A program made the translations under genes and the position numbers. A stretch of DNA of 64,000 nt, from the NCBI GenBank assembly GCA_964653025.1, contig CAZZBZ010000005.1, forward strand, positions 3,571 to 67,570. Reading direction: 5' to 3'. The notes under the pieces are model-generated. The model worked only from the letters and a program-made list of their open reading frames with translations, did no database searches and was not told the origin of the DNA. Shown piece by piece: positions 54,685-63,274 of this stretch (its first letter is position 1; every line of letters starts with the position of its first letter). This stretch comes from an uncultured Verrucomicrobiota bacterium (GTDB lineage: Bacteria; Verrucomicrobiota; Verrucomicrobiia; JABWAM01).

Positions 54685-56544
54685 TCAGGCCGCTCGCGGC
54701 TTGGCTTCCGACTCGAGGATGCGCGGATGGTAAAGACGACTGTAGAGACCCTTTCGATCGAGCAGATCCTGGTGCATGCCGATCTCAACGATGCGCCCCC
54801 GCTGAAGCACCACGATGCGGTGCGCCTTCTGGATGGTGCTCAAGCGGTGGGCGACGAGAAAAACGGTCTTCCCTTGCATCAGGATGTCCAGCGAACGTTG
54901 GATCAGCTGCTCGCTCTGCGTGTCGAGCGCACTCGTCGCTTCGTCGAAAATGAGGATCTTGGGGTCCTTGAGAATCGCACGCGCGATCGCCACGCGCTGG
55001 CGCTGCCCCCCCGAAAGCATCACCCCCGCCTGCCCGACCCGGCTGCGGAAGCCGTCCGGTATCTGCTCGATGAACTCCAGTGCGTTGGCCAGGTGCGCCG
55101 CCTCCCTCACCTCTTCCTTCGTGGCCTCTGGTTTCCCGTAGCGGATGTTCTCTTCAATCGTACCAGAGAAAAGGAAGTTATCCTGGAGCACCACGCTGAT
55201 CTGGCGACGGTAGCAATCGTAGTCAAGTTTCCGAATGTCCACCCCGTCAATGAGAAGGCTCCCCTCGCTCACGTCCCGAAAGCGCGTAAGCAGGCTCATC
55301 AGCGTGGACTTCCCGCTGCCGCTCGGGCCTACGAGAGCGATGACCTCTCCCGGTTTTACTTCAAGGTTGAAATCCTCGATGGCGGTTTCCTTCCCGTAGG
55401 AAAACTTGACTCGATCGAAAAGGACGTGCCCCTTCAGCGTCAATTCGATCGGATTCGGGATCTCGACAATCTCAGGACGCGTGTCGAGCAGGGTCAGGAT
55501 CCGCTCGAAGCCAGTCCGCGCGTTAATCGTCACCTGGATCAGCGCTGAAAAGTTCTGGATCGGCCCGAATAATCCCCATAGGTAGGCCGTAAACGCCACG
55601 AAGGCCCCGATGGTCATCTCTTGGCGAACCACCGAAAGCCCGCCAAACACCAGCACGAACGCATAGAGCGTGTTGCAGAGTTGCCAAAGGAAGGCCCACA
55701 TCCTTCGCCCAATCACCTGAAGGTCCATCTCCGGATAGAAGTTGTCCTTGATTGTCAGTACGAAGCGCCTCCGCTCGTGATCCTCCTGCCCGAAGGATTT
55801 GACCACCTTGATGCCACTGAAGGTCTCGCCGAGAGAGCCTGCCAAGGCCGACTGTCGCTCTTTCACATCGTGCGACATGCGGTAGATCCGTCTCCGAAAG
55901 GCTTGCGTGATCGCAAAGTAAATCGGCAGGGTCAACAAGCAGATCAATGTCAGCTTCCAGTTTAGAAAAAACATCACCACGACCGCAAAACACAGGCTGA
56001 GCAGGCTGTTCGCGATCGTTCCAAATGCCATCGAGATGAACTGCTGGATGGAGGCCACGTCGTGGATGAGGCGGTTCACCAGGCTCGCCGTCCGCTCCCG
56101 CTCGTAAAAGGCCATATGCAGGAGTTGCAGGTGATGGAACAGCGCCTTGCGGATGTCGAAGACCGTCCGCTGCCCCGAGTAAAAGAGCAGGTAGTCGTGC
56201 CCGTAGCCCGTGACGTTTTGCACCAGCGTCGCGAAAAGGAAAACTACTGCCACCCCCACCACGAGGGTGACGTTTCGCGCAGGAAGCGCCTCGTCAATCA
56301 GGAACTTCGTGATGAGCGGGATGCTCTGGCTGATGAAGACCGTCAGGACGTTCCCCAGCGCAGCGACTGCCAGCAGTTTGCGATACGGCTTGACGAACTT
56401 CCAGAACCGCCGAAAGGCCTCGGAACTTGGATAATGGTTGATGACGCTGGAACCAGAATCCCCACGGCCGCCCAAACGCACGTGGTTTCCGGCACCATTC
56501 GATCCAGAGGTTTTCACTTGCTCAGCGCATTCTCCGGGCCGCAA
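54685..56544 (-). CDS. ABC exporter, fused TMD-NBD half-transporter (MsbA/PrtD-like), no C39 peptidase domain
   Basis: Six-TM ABC_membrane domain. Walker A GPSGSGKST, signature LSGGQRQR, Walker B ILIFDEATSALD. Confidence 0.85.
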   Translation of the reverse strand: MRPGECAEQVKTSGSNGAGNHVRLGGRGDSGSSVINHYPSSEAFRRFWKFVKPYRKLLAVAALGNVLTVFISQSIPLITKFLIDEALPARNVTLVVGVAVVFLFATLVQNVTGYGHDYLLFYSGQRTVFDIRKALFHHLQLLHMAFYERERTASLVNRLIHDVASIQQFISMAFGTIANSLLSLCFAVVVMFFLNWKLTLICLLTLPIYFAITQAFRRRIYRMSHDVKERQSALAGSLGETFSGIKVVKSFGQEDHERRRFVLTIKDNFYPEMDLQVIGRRMWAFLWQLCNTLYAFVLVFGGLSVVRQEMTIGAFVAFTAYLWGLFGPIQNFSALIQVTINARTGFERILTLLDTRPEIVEIPNPIELTLKGHVLFDRVKFSYGKETAIEDFNLEVKPGEVIALVGPSGSGKSTLMSLLTRFRDVSEGSLLIDGVDIRKLDYDCYRRQISVVLQDNFLFSGTIEENIRYGKPEATKEEVREAAHLANALEFIEQIPDGFRSRVGQAGVMLSGGQRQRVAIARAILKDPKILIFDEATSALDTQSEQLIQRSLDILMQGKTVFLVAHRLSTIQKAHRIVVLQRGRIVEIGMHQDLLDRKGLYSRLYHPRILESEAKPRAA

Positions 56545-56596
56545 CCGCGACCCAACTTTGGATTCTCTCCCCTTTCTGATTGTCCCGCAACCCCTA

Positions 56597-56625
56597 ATAT
56601 TTCACGCTCGCAGAGCGTGAAATAT
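56597..56625. promoter_or_regulatory. perfect AT-rich palindrome ATATTTCACGCTC-GCA-GAGCGTGAAATAT
   Basis: 13-bp arms with a 3-nt centre, read directly. Located in the 101-bp divergent spacer between the ABC exporter operon and kdsA, 20 nt upstream of the kdsA ATG. Confidence 0.6.
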
Positions 56626-56645
56626 ACGGGCTAGGATGGAGAACC

Positions 56646-57440
56646 ATGGCGAAGCCCTCTTTCGATCGCTTCTTCCTGATCGCCGGCCCTTGCGTGGCCG
56701 AGAGTCGCACCCTCTGCCTGAAGGTGGCGCGTGAACTCGCATCTCTCGGCCGCAAGCTCCGCCTCCCGGTGGTCTTCAAGGCCTCCTACGACAAGGCCAA
56801 CCGTTCTTCCCACCGCTCCATTCGTGGCCCGGGTCTGTCTGACGGAATCGAGATTCTGCGCGCGGTAAAGGAAGAGACCGGGCTGCCGATTCTCACGGAC
56901 ATCCATCTCCCCTCGGAAGCCGCGGAAGCCGCCACAGTCGCAGACGTGCTTCAGGTCCCCGCTTTCCTGTGCCGCCAGACCGACCTCCTTGTCGCCGCCG
57001 CGCGAACCGGAAAATGGGTAAACGTCAAGAAGGGCCAGTTCCTCTCCCCCGAGGACATGGGCAACGTCGTCGCCAAGCTCCATCACGCCGGTGCCCGCGG
57101 ACGCGTGATTCTCACCGAGCGCGGAACCTCCTTCGGCTACCGCAACCTCGTCGTGGACTTCCGCGGCATCCCGATCATGAAAGCCCTGGGCTGCCCGGTG
57201 GTCTTCGACGCCACCCATAGCGTCCAGCGCCCCGGCGGCCTCGGAGACCGCTCGGGCGGCGACTCCCGCTTCATCCCAACTCTCGCCCGCGCCGCCGTCG
57301 CCGCCGGGTGCGACGGGCTGTTTCTCGAAACCCACCCCTGCCCCGCACGCGCCCTTTCCGACGGACCAAACATGGTTCGCCTGCATGACCTCCCGCAACT
57401 GCTGGCGGAGATCTTGCGCATCCGTGCGGCCGTGGTGTAG
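56646..57440 (+). CDS. kdsA: 3-deoxy-8-phosphooctulonate (KDO-8-P) synthase
   Basis: [40 protein letters not shown] and DATHSVQ are KdsA hallmarks. Confidence 0.9.
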   Translation: MAKPSFDRFFLIAGPCVAESRTLCLKVARELASLGRKLRLPVVFKASYDKANRSSHRSIRGPGLSDGIEILRAVKEETGLPILTDIHLPSEAAEAATVADVLQVPAFLCRQTDLLVAAARTGKWVNVKKGQFLSPEDMGNVVAKLHHAGARGRVILTERGTSFGYRNLVVDFRGIPIMKALGCPVVFDATHSVQRPGGLGDRSGGDSRFIPTLARAAVAAGCDGLFLETHPCPARALSDGPNMVRLHDLPQLLAEILRIRAAVV

Positions 57441-57488
57441 CTTGGGAGGCGCACACGCGGGATGCGCGGCGACCGCGTCTCCGCAGGT

Positions 57489-57935
57489 ATGAGATTCCCA
57501 AAGCTCTGGATTGTGGCGGCGGCGACCGCCCTGGCGACCGGTTCCACCCATGGAGCCCCCGAAAGTCATGTGCCGAGTTCCCCGGGGACCCTCACGAAGT
57601 TCACGATCCCCGAGCGAAATCGTGAAGGAAAGCTGATCTGGCAGTTGAGTGGGGAAAAGGCCCGTATCCGCCCCGACAGCCAGATGGAAATCGACCAGTT
57701 CGTGGCCAGCACGTTCCGTGAGGCGAAGGTGGACTGGACCCTCGAGACCCCCACCTGCATCCTCAACCGCGAGACCCGCGAAGCGGTCAGCGAGGCCGAC
57801 GTCCGCATCACCAATAAGCAGACCATCATCACCGGCGTCGGTTTCCACTGGATTGCCAGTGAAAGTCGCTTCATCGTTCGCAGCCGCGTGGAAGTTCTCA
57901 TCCCAGGAAGCATCGTCAAGGAGCAAATCCCGTGA
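57489..57935 (+). CDS. lptC: LptC-like LPS export protein (by position and size)
   Basis: Start set at MRFPKLWIVAAATAL. Small anchored beta-rich protein directly upstream of lptA with a GTGA start/stop overlap. Sequence similarity not verified. Confidence 0.5.
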   Translation: MRFPKLWIVAAATALATGSTHGAPESHVPSSPGTLTKFTIPERNREGKLIWQLSGEKARIRPDSQMEIDQFVASTFREAKVDWTLETPTCILNRETREAVSEADVRITNKQTIITGVGFHWIASESRFIVRSRVEVLIPGSIVKEQIP

Positions 57936-58522
57936 AAGCATCCTTCCCCCGCGCCATCGCCCTGTTCGCCCTTCTCCTCGCCGCGCTGCCGTACGTCCAG
58001 GCCCAGGATCGCGCAACCCCCACCCCGACCCCGCTCCGTCCCGCGACCCCCACCCCGCAGCCGAATGACCCTCCTGCCGCCGGAGCAAACCTCCCGGGTG
58101 GCAAGCCCTTTACGCGCATCACCGCCGACATGCTGAACTTCGACTACGAGAAACACGTCGCAATCTTCGAGGGAAACGTCACCGCCGCGGACCCCCAACT
58201 CACTCTTTTGTGTCGAAAAATGGTGGTCTACTTCAGTGAAAAGGGGAGCGAGGTCACCAGCATCGAGGCCACCCTCGACGTCCGGATGAAGCAGCAAACG
58301 AAGGAGGCCTTCGGCGAGAAAGCCGTCTTCACGCGCGAGACCGGCAACATCGTCCTTTCCGAGGGCAAACCCCGCCTCCTCGACGAAAACGGCAACTGGA
58401 TCGTCAGCCGCGGGGGAGGAATCATCTACAACATCAACACGAAGATCATGCGCGTGGACAAGCCGGAGATGGAGGTCCAGTCCTCAGGCGGGGGCGCCCT
58501 CAGCCCTTCCCAGAAGAAATGA
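57932..58522 (+). CDS. lptA: LptA/OstA-like periplasmic LPS transport protein
   Basis: Signal peptide, Pro/Thr-rich linker, then an OstA_N-like repeat pattern (ITADMLNFDYEKHVAIFEGNV...GEKAVFTRETGNIVLSEG). Confidence 0.7.
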   Translation: MKASFPRAIALFALLLAALPYVQAQDRATPTPTPLRPATPTPQPNDPPAAGANLPGGKPFTRITADMLNFDYEKHVAIFEGNVTAADPQLTLLCRKMVVYFSEKGSEVTSIEATLDVRMKQQTKEAFGEKAVFTRETGNIVLSEGKPRLLDENGNWIVSRGGGIIYNINTKIMRVDKPEMEVQSSGGGALSPSQKK

Positions 58523-59244
58523 GCGCCCTTCTCACTACCGAGGGCCTCCGCAAGTCCTACAAGGGACGTGAGGTTGTGCGCGGCGTGCGCATCGAGGTCC
58601 AGCACGGCGAGATTGTCGGCCTCCTCGGTCCCAACGGCGCCGGTAAGACCACCTCCTTCTACATGATCGTCGGCCTCGTGAAGCCCAACGCCGGCACCGT
58701 CACCTTCGAAGGGCACGATGTCTCGCACATGCCGATGTTCCGCCGCTCCCGCCTCGGCATGGGTTACCTCGCCCAGGAACCCTCGGTCTTCCGCAAGCTC
58801 ACCGTCGAGGAGAACATCCTCGCCATTCTTGAGTTCATGCCGCTCACCCGCGCCCAACGCCGCGAGCGCCTCGACCAGCTCCTCAACGAACTCAATCTCA
58901 CCCCCCTCGCGAAGAATCGCGCCTACACCCTCAGCGGTGGAGAAAAACGCCGCCTCGAAATCACCCGCGCCCTCGTCACCAACCCCTCCTTCCTCATGCT
59001 CGACGAGCCCTTCAGCGGCATCGACCCGCTGGCTGTCCACCAAATTCAGGAGATCATCCTTGGCCTCCGCAAGCGCGGCATCGGTATCCTCGTCACCGAC
59101 CACAATGTCCGCGAGACCCTCTCCATCGTGGATCACGCCTACCTCATCTGCGAGGGCGAGGTCCTCCGTCAGGGCACCAAGGATTTTCTCGTGAACGACC
59201 CCGTGAGCCGCGAACTCTACCTCGGCCCCCGTTTCACGATGTGA
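58519..59244 (+). CDS. lptB: LPS export ABC transporter ATP-binding protein
   Basis: GLLGPNGAGKTTSFYMIVGL, YLAQEPSVFRKLTVEENI, LSGGEKRRLEI, LMLDEPFSGIDP and VTDHNVRETL. ATGA overlap with lptA. Confidence 0.9.
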   Translation: MSALLTTEGLRKSYKGREVVRGVRIEVQHGEIVGLLGPNGAGKTTSFYMIVGLVKPNAGTVTFEGHDVSHMPMFRRSRLGMGYLAQEPSVFRKLTVEENILAILEFMPLTRAQRRERLDQLLNELNLTPLAKNRAYTLSGGEKRRLEITRALVTNPSFLMLDEPFSGIDPLAVHQIQEIILGLRKRGIGILVTDHNVRETLSIVDHAYLICEGEVLRQGTKDFLVNDPVSRELYLGPRFTM

Positions 59245-59380
59245 TGGAGATGGGTTCTGGTTAGTTTTGACGCGGACGAAGCGCCATTTCAGACCTCTCG
59301 GTCTCCTCTCCCGCACCATCTTGGGGACCATCGGCGGGTTTTTCCTTTATTCTCCCGGGACCATTCTCCATTCTTTTCCC

Positions 59381-60481
59381 ATGCCTGAGACCTACTTCAT
59401 CGTTCCTGCGTCGGTTCATAACACCCTGATCGAAACCGCCTTTCGCCACCGCAAGTACACCGCGGACGAGGCGAAGGATGCCGCGCGCTTCTGCGAACTG
59501 GCTTCCACTCACGGGATCCGCACCCACAACGGGATCAAGGCGGTTCACCTCGACGAGCACTTTGGCTCGAAGGTGGGGGGCTGCACCCCCGGCGCCACGA
59601 TCGAAAAGCTCCCGACGAAGTACAAGGCCGTCCAACGCTGGAACGCCAACAAGAAGCTTGGGCAGTCGGTCGCCTTCGCGGCGATGGATGCCTGCATGAA
59701 GATGGCCGATGAGTACGGCACGGGGATCGTGACGGTGGACAATGCCTTCCACTACCTTTGGGGCGGTGGCTACGTGATCGACGCGGCGAAGAAGGGATAC
59801 ATCGCCTTTACCTGCTGCACGGCGGGGACCTCCGAGGTCGTGCCCTTCATGGGCAAGTTTCCCACGATGGGGACAAACCCACACTCGTGGGGATTCCCGA
59901 CGACCGAGTCCATCGGCTACCCGATTTGCGTGGACTGGGCGACGAGCACGGTCGCCATGGGGCGCGTGCAACAGCTTGCGCGCGAGGGAAAACAGCTCCC
60001 GCCGGGTGCCGCCGTGGACGCCAACGGCAATCCGACCAACGACCCGAACCAGGCCAAGTCGCTGCTCTTCTTCGGACAACACAAAGGCTACGGTCTCGCG
60101 CTTGTGAACGAACTTCTCGCGGCCTACACGGGAAGCGGAATCCCGTACCTGCGCGGAAAGCCGAAGGAAGGGCCGCCCGACGAGAAGCACACGCCGCACT
60201 TCTACTTCCAGTGCACCAAGGCGGACGCGCTCGACTGTGGCAACTTCCCCGCGGGGCGCAACCAGGTCTCCAACGTGAAGGCCGTCATCGAGGACATCCT
60301 TGGCCACGGGAACGAGAAGGCGATGCTCCCGGGCCAGATCGAGGCCCGGGCCGCGGCGCTCACGAAGCAGCACGGTGGATTGCTCTTCTCGAAGGCCGAG
60401 ATCGAGGCCTTTAACGAGATCGCGCGCGAGTGCGGCGAGAAGCCCTGGAATCCCACCGTTTTCAAGACCGTGACCGCCTGA
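59381..60481 (+). CDS. Ldh_2-family (malate/L-lactate/sulfolactate dehydrogenase-like) oxidoreductase
   Basis: Start at MPETYF (ATG 59381). HGIRTHNG, MGTNPHSWGFP and GQHKGYGLAL match the Ldh_2 pattern. Confidence 0.7.
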   Translation: MPETYFIVPASVHNTLIETAFRHRKYTADEAKDAARFCELASTHGIRTHNGIKAVHLDEHFGSKVGGCTPGATIEKLPTKYKAVQRWNANKKLGQSVAFAAMDACMKMADEYGTGIVTVDNAFHYLWGGGYVIDAAKKGYIAFTCCTAGTSEVVPFMGKFPTMGTNPHSWGFPTTESIGYPICVDWATSTVAMGRVQQLAREGKQLPPGAAVDANGNPTNDPNQAKSLLFFGQHKGYGLALVNELLAAYTGSGIPYLRGKPKEGPPDEKHTPHFYFQCTKADALDCGNFPAGRNQVSNVKAVIEDILGHGNEKAMLPGQIEARAAALTKQHGGLLFSKAEIEAFNEIARECGEKPWNPTVFKTVTA

Positions 60482-60758
60482 GACGAGTGAGGTTTCCGCA
60501 CTCTCGCTTGCCGTCCGGTCCGGAAAAATTGGCATCCGGGCTTGCCGCTCGCCACGAGCGGAATGAACGCCCAGCCCTCCAATCGCGATTCGAGCGTGGA
60601 GGGGCATCTGCCTCAGGCGGATCGTGCCCGTGCGAAGCTGAACATTCACAAAACCCGACAGAGCTGCCATGCGCACCTCGTGCGCGAACAGCCCTGAGTT
60701 TTTCTTTTCCCCATCCCGCCGAGATGGTAGAGGATGGGCTTCCCAACCCCCTGATCCC

Positions 60759-62066
60759 GTGAGCCATCCCACCCGCTTCGTCCTTCCCGAGTCCGGAATC
60801 CCGACTCATTGGTACAATGTCGCCGCCGACTTCTCCGAGCCGGTGCCGCCGCCGCTCCACCCGGGCACGAAGAAGCCGGCCACGCTCGAGGACATGCTCG
60901 CGATCTTTCCCGAGAACCTCGTGCGGCAGGAGATGACAACCGAGCGCTGGGTCGAGGTCCCCGAGGAGGTGCGCGAGGTGTACACCCTCTGGCGGCCGAC
61001 GCCGCTCCTGCGCGCCGTGCGGCTCGAGCGCGCACTCCAGACCCCCGCGCACATTTATTACAAGTACGAGGGCGGCAGCCCCGCCGGTAGCCACAAGCCC
61101 AACACCGCCGTCCCGCAGGCCTGGTATAACCGCCAGGCTGGCGTGAAGCGCCTCGCCACCGAGACCGGCGCCGGCCAGTGGGGTTCCTCGCTCGCGCTCG
61201 CCTGCCGCCTCTTCGGCCTCGAGTGCCGCGTCTACATGGTGAAGGTGAGCTACCACCAGAAGCCCTATCGCAAACTCATGATGCAGACCTGGGGCGCCAC
61301 CGTCTTCCCCAGCCCGAGCGACCAGACCGAGTTCGGCCGCAGGGTCCTCAAGCAGGACCCCGACTGCCCCGGCAGCCTCGGCATGGCGATCAGCGAGGCG
61401 ATCGAGGACACCGTGAAATCGCCGAACACGAAGTACGCCCTCGGCAGCGTGCTCAACCACGTCTGCCTCCACCAGACCGTGATCGGCCAGGAGGCGATCC
61501 AGCAGATGGAGATGGCAGGTGAGGAGCCGGATGTCGTGATCGGCTGCGTCGGCGGCGGGAGCAACTTCGCGGGCGTGGCCTTCCCCTTCATCCGCCGCAA
61601 GATTGCGGAGAAGAAGAAGACCCGCATCGTCGCCGTCGAGCCGAGCGCCTGCGCCTCCCTCACCAAGGGCGAGTTGCGCTACGACTTCGGGGACACGGCG
61701 ATGACGACCCCGCTGCTGATGATGCACACGCTGGGGCACGACTTCATCCCGCCGACGATCCATGCGGGCGGCCTGCGCTACCACGGGATGGCCCCGCTGG
61801 TGAGCCACGCGGTCAAGCTCGGTCTCGCGGAGGCGATCTCCTATCCGCAGACGAAGGTCTTCGAGGCGGCCATGCTCTTCGCGCGCACCGAGGGAATCGT
61901 CCCCGCGCCCGAGCCCTCGCACGCGATCCGCGCGGCGATCGACGAGGCCCTGCGTGCGAAGGAGGAGGGCAAGAAGCGCGTGATCCTCTTCAACCTCTGT
62001 GGCCACGGGATGCTCGATCTCCCCTCCTACGACGCCTTCCTCGGCGGCAAGCTCGCCGATCTCTGA
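60759..62066 (+). CDS. TrpB2-type tryptophan synthase beta-like PLP enzyme, stand-alone
   Basis: [32 protein letters not shown] (PLP Lys), [11 protein letters not shown] and [14 protein letters not shown] 60759 is preferred because TrpB2 N-termini start shortly before the ..LPE..IP..WYN motif; ATG 60669 is an alternative. Confidence 0.8.
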   Translation: MSHPTRFVLPESGIPTHWYNVAADFSEPVPPPLHPGTKKPATLEDMLAIFPENLVRQEMTTERWVEVPEEVREVYTLWRPTPLLRAVRLERALQTPAHIYYKYEGGSPAGSHKPNTAVPQAWYNRQAGVKRLATETGAGQWGSSLALACRLFGLECRVYMVKVSYHQKPYRKLMMQTWGATVFPSPSDQTEFGRRVLKQDPDCPGSLGMAISEAIEDTVKSPNTKYALGSVLNHVCLHQTVIGQEAIQQMEMAGEEPDVVIGCVGGGSNFAGVAFPFIRRKIAEKKKTRIVAVEPSACASLTKGELRYDFGDTAMTTPLLMMHTLGHDFIPPTIHAGGLRYHGMAPLVSHAVKLGLAEAISYPQTKVFEAAMLFARTEGIVPAPEPSHAIRAAIDEALRAKEEGKKRVILFNLCGHGMLDLPSYDAFLGGKLADL

Positions 62067-62098
62067 GTTTTATTTGTCACTTTCCCCACATTTCGACC

Positions 62099-62431
62099 AT
62101 GCCGACCTACGAATACGAGTGCCAGAAGTGCAAGAGGACCTTCGATGCGGTCCATTCCATGAAGGACGACGCGCTGAAAATCTGCCCGAAGGACAAGTGC
62201 CGTCGCAAGCCTTGGGGCAAGGGGCGTCTGAAACGCCTTCTCAGTTCCGGTGCCGGCCTCATTTTTAAGGGGAGTGGTTTCTACATCACCGACTATCGCA
62301 GCGAGGGCTACAAGCAGGCCGCGAAAAAGGACAAGGAAGCCGCCTCCCCTCCGCCCAAGAAAGAAGGGGGCGATACCGGCGCGACCAAGAAGGAAGCGCC
62401 CGCGAAAAGCACCAAGAAAGCCAAGGATTAG
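62099..62431 (+). CDS. FmdB-family zinc-ribbon protein with a Lys-rich tail
   Basis: MPTYEYECQKCKRTFD....M.D...CP.. is the CxxC_CxxC_SSSS signature, followed by GSGFYITDYRS. Confidence 0.8.
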   Translation: MPTYEYECQKCKRTFDAVHSMKDDALKICPKDKCRRKPWGKGRLKRLLSSGAGLIFKGSGFYITDYRSEGYKQAAKKDKEAASPPPKKEGGDTGATKKEAPAKSTKKAKD

Positions 62432-62442
62432 GAGATTTTTCC

Positions 62443-63186
62443 ATGCTGACCTGTTCCCAATGCGGTCACGACAACGACATCGGTCGCATCTTCTGTGCGA
62501 AGTGCGGCCAGAAACTCGAGCTCAGTAGCATCGGGGTTCCCAGTGGCGTTCGCCGGGGCGCGCGGAAGGGCAAGAAAGGCGTTCCTTTCCTGCAACTCGT
62601 CGCATTCGTCTTCAAGAAGTTCGTTCAAATTACTTTCCTCGCCGCGGCCGTGGCGTGGGTGGTCTCTATCTGGATTCTTCCTCGCGATGCCAGCCGTGCG
62701 GGAGGGGAGAAGGATCTGGAGACCTACCAGAAAAATCGCACGGCCCTCGAAGATGCCTTTGCGGCGAAGGCGGGCGGCCAGGTCACCTTTCGGGAGGAGG
62801 AGATGAACGCCAAACTCGCGGAGGCCGTCGTTAACACGCGGAAGGCCGCCGGCGAGAATGCGAGCGGGATGCAACTCGAGAAGCTCACCGTGTCGCTGGG
62901 TGACGGGACCGCCACCCTCACCATTGGCCAGAAGTGGAAGTGGTTTCGTCTCGCCATTCAGGCCGCCGCTCGCACGCGGAACGAGGGCGGCAGGCGGATC
63001 TTCGTGCCAACCGAAATTCGCATTGGCCGCTGGCTCGCACCGGCCATCCTTCACCCCCATTTTGTCCCGGTCCTCCAGAAGTTTCTTTCCGACCTCTCGG
63101 CGGAGCAGCAAAAAATGGAAGAGGCCTCGGCGATTGAGATCAAGCCGGGCGAGTTCTCGATCACCGCCCCGAAGCCGGCAGCCTGA
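62443..63186 (+). CDS. zinc-ribbon membrane protein, function unknown
   Basis: N-terminal CSQCGHDN..FCAKCG ribbon, one TM (ITFLAAAVAWVVSIWIL), and an extracytoplasmic domain with no family recognised. Confidence 0.55.
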   Translation: MLTCSQCGHDNDIGRIFCAKCGQKLELSSIGVPSGVRRGARKGKKGVPFLQLVAFVFKKFVQITFLAAAVAWVVSIWILPRDASRAGGEKDLETYQKNRTALEDAFAAKAGGQVTFREEEMNAKLAEAVVNTRKAAGENASGMQLEKLTVSLGDGTATLTIGQKWKWFRLAIQAAARTRNEGGRRIFVPTEIRIGRWLAPAILHPHFVPVLQKFLSDLSAEQQKMEEASAIEIKPGEFSITAPKPAA

Positions 63187-63199
63187 ATCGTTCATCCGG

Positions 63200-63238
63200 A
63201 AAAAAGAATGCCCGCCGAAGCGCAAAGCCTCGGCGGGC
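63200..63238 (-). terminator. intrinsic terminator for the minus-strand repeat-protein gene
   Basis: Minus-sense GCCCGCCGA-(11 nt)-TCGGCGGGC followed by ATTCTTTTTT, 37 nt downstream of the stop at 63275. Confidence 0.7.
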
Positions 63239-63274
63239 GTCCATGCTACGGTGCCCCCGCAGGGGGGCGGCTCG

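Noticed and set aside
50969-56544. A genomic island integrated at tRNA-Val, since the LysR gene and exporter operon lie directly downstream of the tRNA.
   Set aside because: There is no integrase or recombinase, I found no direct repeat of the tRNA 3' end, and the composition looks like the rest of the window.
60510-60545. An SRP/4.5S RNA-like motif (GGTCCGGAA) in the spacer before TrpB2.
   Set aside because: The conserved domain IV continuation (GGAAGCAGCC and the symmetric loop partner) is absent, and no closing helix of appropriate length was found.
60724-60762. An upstream leader peptide ([12 protein letters not shown]), whose stop overlaps the TrpB2 GTG, acting as a Trp-sensing attenuation peptide.
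   Set aside because: It contains no Trp codons and no obvious RBS, so it is most likely a chance ORF.
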